A stretch of DNA of 64,000 nt, from assembly GCA_012295275.1 (NCBI GenBank), contig CM022677.1, positions 27,156,001 to 27,220,000 on the forward strand. Reading direction: 5' to 3'. The notes under the pieces are model-generated. The model did not search any database, was not told the origin of the DNA, and was given only the letters and a program-made list of their open reading frames with translations. The stretch is from Chrysomallon squamiferum (lineage: Eukaryota; Animalia; Mollusca). Position 1 is the stretch's first letter; each line of letters starts with the position of its first letter. Shown here piece by piece: positions 45,621-58,243 of this stretch. Position numbers and translations under genes: made by a program.

Positions 45621-46227
45621 TCTCTATTCACCTCACATCTTTATCAGAAACAAGAAAAAAAAAAAAAAAACTCTTTATCTCTCTGCCTATCAAATTCCCC
45701 ACTTTACACAAAGTACTTTTATTACTATTTTTTTTATTTTTCGGGTTTGATGTATTTACTGGTAGCTAAGGAATCCCACAATTCCTCAGTTAACTCTCCC
45801 TTCAGCCAGTGGAGAATTCCTTCCTGTGGAAAGATAACTCTAACTGCCTGTGAATAAAATCCATTTTCACCTGATATCAGAAACATCTGGTGTGACATTG
45901 CTGGATTGTGTGTGTAGTGGATTATGGAGTGTCGGATTGTATGCCAGACAGCCAAATCCACTGTAATCCACTGTAATCCACTTGAGATGATGGATGTGAT
46001 GTTTTTTTCTTTTTTTTAGTTCATAAAAATCTTGTTCGGATTTTTTTTTTTTTTTTTTTTTTTTTTAACTGATGAATGATTTAGATGCGGTTTTTAATTG
46101 GGTTTTTCTTTTTTCTTTTTTTTTTTTTTTTTTCTTTTTTTAAATGAAAATAATGCAGTTGTTGTGGATGGTGGTGGTGATGTTATTTAGTTGCTGTTGT
46201 TGTTGTTGTCCTTGTCATTGTCTTAAG

Positions 46228-46269
<42 letters not shown>

Positions 46270-46797
46270 CATTGTCATCATTATTATTATTTTCATCATC
46301 ATCATATCACCACTATCATTATCATCATCATCATCATCATCACTATTACTATCATTATTATCAGAACTGTCATCATTCTTCTTGTTTTTGTTGCTGTAGT
46401 TGTTGCTGCAGTTGTTGCTGCTGCTGCTTTTGTCAGACAGAATATTGTAAAAAAAAAACATTAACTTTCACTGTATCCATAACCATGGTTACGCTGCAGG
46501 GCAGAATATGACCTTTGACCTGATGTCTAACCAATCATTTTCAAGAACAGATGTAGTTAATTTGACAAGGGATTTCAATTCCCTTTCATATTAACCGTTT
46601 CCATTGGCTGCTCTGACCTCACGCTTGTGATGTGAGGTCTGGGGTCAAAGGTCACAAATTACTTCTGTTTTTTTTTCTTCTTTTTTTCATTTGTTTATTT
46701 TTTTATTTTCTTATTTTATTTTTTTTTTTTTTTTTTTTTTTTTATTTTAGTGGTTATTGCTGTGATGATATGCTTATGCTGTCAGTTTATTATTAAC

Positions 46798-46837
<40 letters not shown>

Positions 46838-47183
46838 TTCATCATTATCATACAGTTTTAATAATATTTTCAGGAGTCGGTTTTGTTTCCTGCACAATTT
46901 TCAAGACTGTCAGCTTTTTAATGATTTCTTGACATCATTATAATTATTTAATTATTATCATTATTCTCATATCATTCTATAAAACATTAAAGTAAATATT
47001 GTTTTTGTAAAAAAGACAAATGCATATGTAATAGAAGTAATGATCACAACAACAACACCAACAGCAAAAATGATAATAATAACAATAAAAAAATAATAAT
47101 AATAACAATAACAATAACAATATCAGTAATAATAATATACCACTAATAGCAACAATATAATAATTATAGTTATGATAATAAAA

Positions 47184-47239
<56 letters not shown>

Positions 47240-47330
47240 TGTTCTTAACTCTTTAATAACTAGGTCTGTTCATTTCTTTATTTTATATATATATATATAT
47301 ATACATACACACACACACACAAATGCACAG

Positions 47331-47667
47331 ATGTGTGTGTGTATATGTGTGTGTGTATATGTCTGTGTATGTGTGTGTATGTGTCTGTGTATGTGTGTGT
47401 ATATGTGTATGTGTATATGTGTGTGTGTATGTGTGTATGTGTGTGTATGTGTGTATACGTGTGAATGTGTGTGTACCTGTGTGTGTGTGTTTGTGTGTGT
47501 GTATGTGTTTACATGTGTATGTGCATGTGTTTGTGTGTATGTGTGTGTGTGTGTGTGTATATATGTGTATGTGTATATGTGTGTGTGTGTGAGTGTGGTT
47601 GTGTGTGTTTGTGTGTATGTGTTTATACATGTGTATATGTGTGTGTGTGTTTGTGTGTATGTGTTTA

Positions 47668-47711
<44 letters not shown>

Positions 47712-47712
47712 T
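47331..47712. repeat. Imperfect (TG)n/(TATG)n tract
   Basis: Directly visible; source of the Cys/Val-rich spurious ORFs. Confidence 0.95.
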
Positions 47713-48100
47713 GTGCTAATGTTAAAAAGAAATGGTGTAACTAGTTTAATGATTTGTTTTGTTCGGATGTAACACAGTAAGATAACAGTTTGTGTTCAGC
47801 TGCTGTTCTAGATTTCCCATGATCCTCTGTAACACGATTCCTGAAGACGAAAGTGTCATTATCTGTCTCTCCGCCATTATTGATTTTCTTACTTGTCTGA
47901 TCCGAGCTTGAAACTAACAGCGTCCTTAACCCAGACCTGTCTGGATCAAACAGACAGACAGACAGACAGACAGACGTTTACTTGTATCATTTGTACACAG
48001 ATTCATACATACATATATAAACACATAGAGATAAACACAGACACACATAAACATATACATGCCCATACAGAGTCACAAACACACACACACACACACAAAA

Positions 48101-48137
<37 letters not shown>

Positions 48138-48239
48138 CAGGCACACACATAAAGACACACTATAAACTGATATACATATAAACACATATACACACATGAA
48201 CACAAACACAGATATCATAGACATACAGGTGTTATCATG

Positions 48240-49145
48240 ACATTTTCAAACATGTCTCCTGTCAAGGACTGAACCCAGAACCTACAGGATCTTACAACTG
48301 TATTCAAAGATGTCTCCTGTATGCAGTGGAATGAAAAATTCTGATATCAAATTATGCCATGTGTGTGTGTGGGGGGGGTTTAAAACTGAAGAAAAAACAA
48401 ACATTTTAAAACTTGTCCTTTGAGAAGATTTGAACTTATGACCTCTCATACCTCAAAATCAACCAGTGAACAATGATTATTTCTCCTATAATCCACTGAA
48501 ATGAATTCTCTTTTTTCTTTCTTTTGAATCTTTGACTTATTTGTTTGAATTTCTCTTATTACTTATTTGTTTGTTTGTTTGTTTGTTTGTTTGTTTGTTT
48601 GTTTATTTATTTATTATATTTATTTATTCATTCATTCATTCATTCATTCATTTATTCACTCAGTATACTATAACCTGAGAACTATGATAATTTTTCCTGT
48701 AGTTCTTATGAATTATCTTTTTTCTTTCTTACTTATTTGTTTGTTTGTTTGTTTGTTTATTTATTTATTTATTTTTTTTTTTATTTATTCATTCATTCAT
48801 TCGTTAATTTCTTTATTTTATTTTATTTTAAATTTTATTTATTCATTTATTTATTTTTAACTTATCCAATGGGCAAAAACTAAATTCAAGAACAAACATT
48901 TTAAAATCTGTCCTCTGACAAGATTTGAACTTCTCACCTATCACACCTCAAACCTAATTTTCATTTAAAAATAAAACCATTATACTACAATCATTTCCTA
49001 ACTTCACTAAAATTCAAAAAAAAAAAAAAAAAATTCATCTTACACCATGAGGAATGGAATAAATTCAAAAATAAAACAAATATTTCAGAAAAAAAAATTT
49101 CCCTCTGTCGGGATTTGAACTTTGACCTTTCATGCTTCAGGCCAT
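48240..49145 (-). mobile_element. Four degenerate copies of a tRNA B-box-containing (SINE-head-like) module
   Basis: The minus strand carries GTTCA(A/G)ATC-like boxes at 48266-48275, 48427-48435, 48922-48930 and 49111-49120, with shared flanks (AACAAACATTTTAAAA..TGTCCT.TGA.AAGATTTGAACTT...ACCT.TCA.ACCTCAAA on +). Confidence 0.45.
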
Positions 49146-49417
49146 TTCTCTAATAACAAATCAGTCTGCAGAGAAATTAAAAACTTCTCTAAGCATCTTA
49201 TTGATTATTTTTTTTTTTCTTCTTCTTCTTCTTCTTCTTGTTCATTTTCAACTGAAGGTGGAATGAATAACTCTTGTATCACTTAGAAATTCCGACAGCA
49301 GCCACACAGTGACAGCGCTCTACTGATTAACCCTTAATGGACGACTAAAGACCTTTACACACTGTGTGATTTCAAATAATCATTTCTTTATCATTAGTAT
49401 CATTATTATTGTCATCA

Positions 49418-49448
<31 letters not shown>

Positions 49449-50877
49449 TATTACTGTTGTTATTATTATGATTGTTATTGTTACTGTTACTATTATTATT
49501 GTTGTTGTTGCTGTTGTTTATTATTATTATATTATTATTATTATTCAATTATTATTACTGTTATTATCATTATGATTGTTATTTTTATTGTTACTATTAT
49601 TGTTGTTGTTGTTGCTGTTGTTTCTGTGGTTATTATTATTTATTATTATAATATTATTATTATTATTATCAAATTATTACTATTGTTATTATTCTTGTTG
49701 TCATTGTTGTTTTTGTTGTTATTGTTATTACTGTTATTGTTGTTGTTGTTGTTATTATTATTATTATATATTATTATATTATTATAATCACAAAATTCTT
49801 CCTGTTGTTGTTGTTGTTGTTGTTATTGTGCTACTGCTACTACTATCACCATAACTGCAGTTGTTAATACATTACTACAACTACTACTGTTACTATCACT
49901 GATATTATTCATGCTGTTACTATTACTAGTCCCACTACTAAAACTAGTTCTTTGACTGTTGTTGGTTGTCAAAAATTGTGCTGTATGACAACAGCTTTAA
50001 CAGTAACTAATGTAAAGACAAAAGACAAATATTTACAGTGCATGAGAGAAAGAAAGAGAAACTGTTAGAGAGAGAGAGAAGAGAGGGATTAGGAAGAAAA
50101 AAAGAGATATAAAGTAAAACAAGAAAGTTACCCTATTTGTAGATGTATATGTATCTTTATCTAATCTATCTATCTATCTATCTATCTATCTATTTCTTTT
50201 TATCTATCTATCTCTCTGTCTATCTCTGTTTTTGGGGTTTTTGGTTTATCTATCTATTTCAAATTCTGTCTATCTATCTATCTCTCTTTTACTCTCTGTC
50301 ACCATCTGACAGATCTCTCTCTGAGCATGCTCTGAGGATCAGTACGACTGTCTCTGTTTTTGGAGAGAATCTATCATATCTATGTCTGTTAATATTTCTC
50401 TGTCTTTTAATTTTAGTGTGCGAAAAATGAAACATACACACTGACCCCCACCCACCCCCCACACACACACAATTTTTTGGTTTGATTTTTCTGTCATCAT
50501 ATATATATACCCACCCAAATTCATGAACACAAAAAGGCTAAAAATGAAAGAAAGAAGATTATATATAAAAGATCAGTGGCAAACAAAAAAAAAAAAAAGG
50601 TCATTTACACAGATATAATATGTAAAAATCTCCAAAAGCTTCAATTACTCAGGGAATTTTACACTTACACAAACTCTGTCACCACACACAATTAGATCTC
50701 AGAATGGTATTTACCCATAGGGAGTTCTGAGCATGCTCACTGAGGATCTCTATATCTGGACTGTATTTACCTGTGTTTATGTATGTGGAGAGAATCACAC
50801 TCACCATATTGAAAATGATGTCTGTTAATATTTGTTCTGTATTTTTAATTTTAGTGTACACACAAAAACACTCACAA

Positions 50878-50921
50878 ACACACAATTATATCTATCTCTG
50901 TATATGTATTTACACAGATAC

Positions 50922-50958
<37 letters not shown>

Positions 50959-51315
50959 ATTATATCTATCTCTGTATAATTATATCTATATCTATATATA
51001 TGTATTTACACAGATATATATATACATTGAAAACACACACACACACACAATTATATCTATATATAAATACATACACACACACACACACAATTATATCTAT
51101 CTGTATATGTATTTACACAGATACATATATATCTGTATATGCAATTATATCTATATCTGTATATGTATTTACACAGATACATATATATATATATATACAA
51201 ACACACACACACACACAATTATATCTAATTATATCAATTATATCTATATATATAACACACATACTCACATATGTATATTTAAACACACACATATAATTAT
51301 ATATATATATATATG
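50878..51315. repeat. Compound minisatellite (CACACAATTATATCTATCTCTGTATATGTATTTACACAGATACATAT..)n
   Basis: Four or more recognisable copies of the unit. Confidence 0.85.
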
Positions 51316-51735
51316 AGTGTGTGTGTGTGTATTTATCAGTGTTAAAATCTATTAACATCTAACTCCATCCATCTGTCCATCTGTCCATCCATTTACTTAT
51401 TTTCTTTGCTATGATTAATTTAACATCAGCTGCTAATTGAACTTCTCTTCAAAGAAAAATTCTCAGCCTGTCACCTCCAGTCTTTGATTCCCCTACCTTT
51501 TACCTGCACACACCTCTAAAAGCTAAAAGCAGTAATTAATGACTGGACAGACAGGTAGAAATGATACACACAGACAGACAGACGCATGGACACTGATGGG
51601 AGTCGTTTCCGGACCAAGGCTAATAGTTGTCTGACGTTGTGACTGAAGTGAAGTGACGTAGCTGCTGGAGACCATTTTTCTAAAGTGCAGTGAGAAAGAC
51701 GATGTGATTGTTAGAATCAGAAACTCTGATAGTTG

Positions 51736-51906
51736 AGTGTGTGTGTGTGGGTGTGTGTGGGTGTGTGGGGGTGTGTGTGGGTGTGGGTGTGTGTGTGGGG
51801 GTGTTTGTGGGTGTGTGGGGGGTAGGTGTGTGTCTATGTGTGTGTGTTTGTGTGTGTGTCTGTGTGTGTGGGGTGTGTGTGTGTGTGTGTGTGTTTGTGT
51901 AGGTGA

Positions 51907-51939
<33 letters not shown>

Positions 51940-51967
51940 GTGTGTGTGTGTGTGTGTGTGTAGGTGT

Positions 51968-52000
<33 letters not shown>
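51736..52000. repeat. (GT)n/GGGTGT-rich tract ~660 nt upstream of CELF exon 3
   Basis: Directly visible. Confidence 0.9.
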
Positions 52001-52005
<5 letters not shown>

Positions 52006-52029
52006 CAGACACATTCCTAAGATCTAAAA

Positions 52030-52380
52030 AACTATTACTCTGACCACCACTACTACTATTAATACAAATACTACAACAAATACTGCTACTACTACAACTA
52101 CTACTACTACTACTACCACTACTACTACTCTGATATTATTATTATTTATTATCATTATCATCAGCACTATCATTATCATCAATACTACAACAAATGCTAC
52201 TACTACAACTACTACTACTACTACTAGTACCAGTCTGATATTATTATTATTTGTTATCATTATCATCAGAACTATCATTATCATCAATACTACTAGAACT
52301 ACTACTACTACTACTACTGCTACTACTACTACTCTGATATTATTATTATTTATCATCATCATCAGCAGCATTATTATTAT
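52030..52380. repeat. ~105-bp higher-order repeat of trinucleotide microsatellites, ~3 copies
   Basis: (TAC)n-CTCTGATATTATTATTATTT-ATCATTATCATCAG recurs at ~52128, ~52235 and ~52333. Confidence 0.8.
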
Positions 52381-52663
52381 TATTTTATTTCTTTATTAAT
52401 TTAATAATTTAATAATTATATATTATACATACAGTGCCATGGAAACGCTGTTTATTAAATTACGTACATTTTTATTTTCTACTCCGTTCACTGGAAGTGA
52501 CTGTCTTTTCACTAACCGTTTAACAGCGAGACAAGTGTTACAGAGTTACCTCCCATGCTACTGTTTGACGCGGGGTTCTCGCTGATGACGTCAAATGTTT
52601 TTCTCGTGTATCGAGGACGCTAGAAAAACGTAAATTAATTTGTTTATTTTTGTGTATTTTCAG

Positions 52664-52712
52664 ATGAATCGACCAATACAGGTGAAACCCGCCGACAGCG
52701 AAAACAGATCAG
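52664..52712 (+). CDS. CELF4: CELF coding exon 3 (49 bp; end of RRM1)
   Basis: tattttcag|52664, 52712|gtgaaa. MNRPIQVKPADSENRS matches the CELF3-6 sequence MNRPIQVKPADSESRG; phase 0 start agrees with exon 2. Confidence 0.92.
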
Positions 52713-52760
52713 GTGAAACTATTTATTATCAAATTTCTTCTTTTTTTTTCTTTCGATTTA

Positions 52761-52797
<37 letters not shown>

Positions 52798-53356
52798 CTA
52801 TCCAGTCTTCTTTGTTTCTTGGATTTTTTTTTTTTTTTTTTTTATTCTTTCTCTCACTTTCTTATATTCCTTTCCTTTCTTTCTGTAAATATTTTCTTTT
52901 ATCTTTCTTTTCACTAATTTTATTTATTTATTTATTTATTTATTCCTATTTCCATTATTTATTTTATTATTTATTTCTTCTTCATGCATTATTTTTTCTA
53001 TATTTTATACATTTTCTTGGAAATATGTATGTTTATATTTGATATATCATTTAATTATTTGTCCATTATTTTTAAATCTCTTATGTTATTTTAAATAATT
53101 GTATTTTATTTTATTTGTTTATCTGTTATGAGAAACATGTTTTAGATATAACTATGATTGTTTAAATGTAATGAAATATTTAAGATAAATGTTGCATTCC
53201 TTTTAAATAGTTTGCAGATATAAAATATATTCATACAGTAGAGTTTCAAACACATATAAACACAAAAACAAAAACCCAACAACTACAACAACAAAATACA
53301 AAAGAAAAGAAAAGAAACAACCACATATAAGGAGAAAAAGTAATACAGGCATATTG

Positions 53357-53466
<110 letters not shown>

Positions 53467-55038
53467 AGAACTAGACAAAGACTAAATCTACTTAAAAGTC
53501 TCTGATCTAAAAGCTGAGTCACTGTGCTTTTGACATCTCAATTTTGATTAATGTTATTTGAAAATGACATTGAACATGCCATTGTCTAGACAAAGTTGAA
53601 AGTCAACATAAGAAGATTTCATTATGAAATCTGTTTGTGGTACTGCCAGATCAAAAAAGCTTTATTTTCTCTTGTTTTTTTAATTCGAGTAATTTAGTTT
53701 TGTGGGTCAAGGGTATTTCTTTTTTATTTCTATTAGCTTTTTTTTTTTTTTTTTTGAATAGGAAAAAGTCAAAAAAGAAAATTAGATAAATAATGTGTGT
53801 ATATGTCTGTGTGTGTGTGTGTGTGTCTATGTATGTATGTGTTTATGTGTGTCAGTTTTTTGTTTGTATCTATGTATCTATGTATGTATGTATTTGTGTG
53901 TATGTGTGTGTGTATGTATGTGTGTGTATGTGTCTGTATGTATGCTTGTAGATAGGTAAGTATGTAAATGCATATTTCTACATACCTGTCATAATGTGTA
54001 TGCATGTGTATGTGAGTGTATGTATATATGTGTGTCTGTCTGTTTGTATGTGCTGATGTTTAGAAATGATATTTTTACTAAAAGGGGAGATAATTATATT
54101 GTAACAACAACAACAAAAGCAGTAACACTGTCACCAAACTGCTACAGATGTGGTAACAAAGAAAAGTTGTCATGTTTGGTTCTGTGGTTAAGTCAGAGGA
54201 CTGAGGCATAACAGGTTGCTGGGTCAACTCTTCAGTGTGGAGTAATGTGTGGTCCACTGGTTAGAGATGTTGTGGTCGATGATGTGTAGATATTTACCTG
54301 TTGATAAAATGAAAGTTAAAATACACAGATGTATTTTCAGCATTCACAAACTCATTCAGTTATTAAATCATTATTCATTCATGCATTTGTTATTCACATT
54401 CATCCATCCATCTGTCTATTCAATCATTCATTTAGTTCATTCATTCATGCATCCATCATTCCATTCATCATTGATCAGTAATACATTATTTATCATCATC
54501 TTTCTATAAATTTATTCATCCATTCATTCATTCATTCTTCCATCCATCTATCTGTTTATAAATTTATTCACACATTTATTATTTGAATTCCAATAAAGAA
54601 AGAAACAAAATTTCTTTTATTTCAATTTCTAACCAGCTCTAATATTTTTATATTTTTGTTGTGTTCTATTGATTTTTTTTTTTGATTTTTTTTTTACCTT
54701 TTTACTTTCCAAGTTAATTAAGTTTTACTTAGAAAATAAAATAATTAATTTTGAATATGAACAAACAACAGATATTTGAGTGTGTCATAAAACCTTTATT
54801 TCCTAGAATTTAAATATTTAAGCAAAATTAAAAATTAAAAAAGTACAATAAATAAAAAGTAAAACCCAGTGTATTAACAAACACAGTATTTTTATTCATA
54901 AATTACAATACTGAAAATGTAATAAAATTTTAAATATCAATTTTAATATGACATAAAAGTCCAACAGCTGATTTTATAAACTATAATTTTTTAGAATTTT
55001 ATAGTAAACATGCTAGACTTCATTTATATGTATATATA

Positions 55039-55091
<53 letters not shown>

Positions 55092-55200
55092 GACTTTAAT
55101 ACTTTTAATATAAACAACTAGGTTTTCAGAAAACATAACTATTTATTTCTGTAAACAATAGGTTTCTTGGAAAATAAAATTATTTTGACTATAAAATATT

Positions 55201-55265
<65 letters not shown>
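55201..55265. repeat. (GATA)n tetranucleotide microsatellite
   Basis: Directly visible. Confidence 0.95.
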
Positions 55266-55277
<12 letters not shown>

Positions 55278-55857
55278 TATCAGGCAAATTACAATATTTC
55301 ATTATTTAAATAAATTATTTAATGTAAACTGCAGGTTTTTCAGAAATGACAGGATTTCTTTTATTTGTAGATAGCTAGATAGGATTTTAAGTAAACAGTA
55401 AATGTTTATGAAATAAAAAATATAAAAAAATTATTACCTGTAGGTTTCTATAAGATGAAAATATCTGTTTTAGCATAAACGTATTTTAATAAATAATTAT
55501 ATTTACATAAACCAGCTTTATAGAAACAAACATAACACTAATTATTAATTTAATAGAAAACAAAATATAGTTTTTCTAGAAAATACAAATCACTATTATT
55601 TCACAAATATCTGCAATAAAATACAATAAATAATTAAAACCACATTTGTTTTCCTGCAGTAATAATAATATTTATTCTATTTTTCTGTAAAACTGTAAAT
55701 TTCTAGGAAAAATGTATTAGGTAAAAAAAAAAATTATTAATTTTAGGAAATAATGTTAACTATTTCTCGGAAATTTGTGTTTGTAAGAATGTTAGGTTCT
55801 AGGAAATTGAGTGCATTGTTGTTTTATTGTTTATTTTTATTCTATTTGTTCTGTCAG

Positions 55858-55914
55858 ATAAACAAAGTGGAGCAGGAGTTTGGGAACAGAAAATACAGAC
55901 AGTTATAACACGAG
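55858..55914 (+). CDS. Candidate 57-nt symmetric (phase 1-1) cassette exon in the CELF RRM1-RRM2 linker
   Basis: Long U-rich tract + ctgtcag|55858, donor 55914|gtaaga, purine-rich body, open in the frame set by exon 3: DKQSGAGVWEQKIQTVITR. No homology recognised. Confidence 0.6.
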
Positions 55915-57519
55915 GTAAGATAATATTACATATTGTATAGGTAATAATAATAATAGTATATATGTAATAATAATAATAGTATATATATATATGTAATACT
56001 AATAATAGTGGCTCATATTTAATACTAATATATCTTATATATAGGTAATAGTAACATATTATATAGGTAATTCTAACAACATATATTTTATATAGATAAT
56101 AATATACACCTAATAGAAATATAACATTGCCTATATATAGATATGTAATACTAATACTAATATTATAAAATAATTGTACATCTGTATACATGGTATATGT
56201 AATAATATACTTTGTATAGGTAGTAGTAGTAGTAATAATAATAATAATAATAATAATAATGTATTATATACAGGTTCCAATGGTTACTGTTAACAATATA
56301 TGTAATATATAGCTAATACTAAAATGTGACATGTAGGTAATAACGGGAAATAATAACATATATTGCTAGAGATAATAATAATATAATTGTACTGATGATA
56401 ATAATAGAAAATATATGAGTAAATCATGTTTTATATAGGTTTTAAAAGATAAAGACATATACAATGTTAAACAAAATCAGTATATACATTGTAAAATTAT
56501 GTGAGATCTGATGTGTGTGTGTGTGTGTATCTGTGTTAAGAGATCTCATATAAAATATATATTTATTTGTTTTCATACATATATATCTAATCTTGAAAGA
56601 TATATTATAAACTTTAACATCAGTTTTATTATAGTTTAAAAACGTATTATGATAGGAAACCATACAAAATATTTGCAAACATTTGCAACCCATATAAATT
56701 TAAATTTGTCAACAACATTTTTTAGGTATAATTTTAATCTCGATTTAATAATAAATATTTTTTCAAAGATAGGCATTTACTAATTCACTACCAGTGAACT
56801 AAATCTGTTGTTTCCTTAGCAACAGTCATTTTCTGCGGAATACCTAGAAACGAAATGAAAAACGTTACGGAGAAAAAATCAAAATGGCGTCCGTAAAAGC
56901 ACAATGTTTACTGCGTGACTAATGATTCATGTAAATATTTGAAAAAAAAAAATGGTTGTTTAAAACAAATCTTATTTTTATATAAAAAATAAAATTAAGA
57001 AATAAATCATGACTTGCTGTGTAGTAGGAATTTGTGTAGAATATAAGTTAAAATAAAATATAGATTATTTGCGTATTACTTACCTTTTTATTTATTTTAA
57101 TGTGCTACATATATTTAATGAAATGCATAAAATATTCGTGATGTACACACACACGCATGTATACATAAAATAAAAAATAAAAAGCATATATATATACACA
57201 TATTCACTTAATTAAATTATATATAGAATGAAAAATTTTATGTATTAAAATAAATAAGTAAATAAATATGAAAATAAGTAATTAAGTGTAAATAAGTAAA
57301 ATAGTAAATCAATAAGTAAATAAGTAAGTAAGTAAACAAGTAAATAAATAAAAATATGTGTATATATATTTTGTCTTCTTGAAATTAGTTTATAATTTTA
57401 CTGTTTGTTTTCTTCATTTACAAAATACAAAAAAATTAAACTAAAATAATAATAAAAATAATTCTAATTCATCATTCTCATATTACTTTTATCTTGTGAA
57501 AACATTTTAAATCAATCAT

Positions 57520-57582
<63 letters not shown>

Positions 57583-58149
57583 AAAAAAACACAAATTCAT
57601 TTGAATTCCAAAAACACTACTCATTTTCATTTTTAAAAACATTTCCATCTCAAAACCATGAAAAAAAAAAAAAAAAAAAATTTTCAATTAGCAGTCGATA
57701 CTGCTGTTGCCATGACGACCAAGACGATGTCACTACGGCACCAGCGATGATGACACGACCGCTAATTGTAATGTATTGATATGACAGGAAGCAGGCTCAG
57801 TGAGCGCGCTTGGTGCTGTCGGAGACAAAGGCAAGCTGGGGATGAAAATGGGTTTTTGATAGAAGATTTGTGTTGTTAATTACTGACTCTACCTTCTCGC
57901 CGTCTTGTTCTCTCGTTTCTCGTTTTTAACTTCAATTACATCTTTTGTCAACAGGGCGAAATGATACCAGTTAATTATAGTGAAAATAAATATATTTTTT
58001 TTTTTTTTTGATTTTTTTTTTTTTTTTTTTTTTTTTAATTTTTTTTTTTTTTTTTTTTTTTTGAAAATTCATATAATAGGGAAATGGTCATTGGCTTTTT
58101 AATATCGAAGAAAACAGTTTCACTTAAAAAAAAAAAAAATTAAGGGGAA

Positions 58150-58184
<35 letters not shown>

Positions 58185-58192
58185 TATATATA

Positions 58193-58243
<51 letters not shown>

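Noticed and set aside
52640-52888. 82-aa ORF containing MNRPIQVKPADSENRS
   Set aside because: Only 52664-52712 is exonic; the flanks are the polypyrimidine tract and a poly-T intron.
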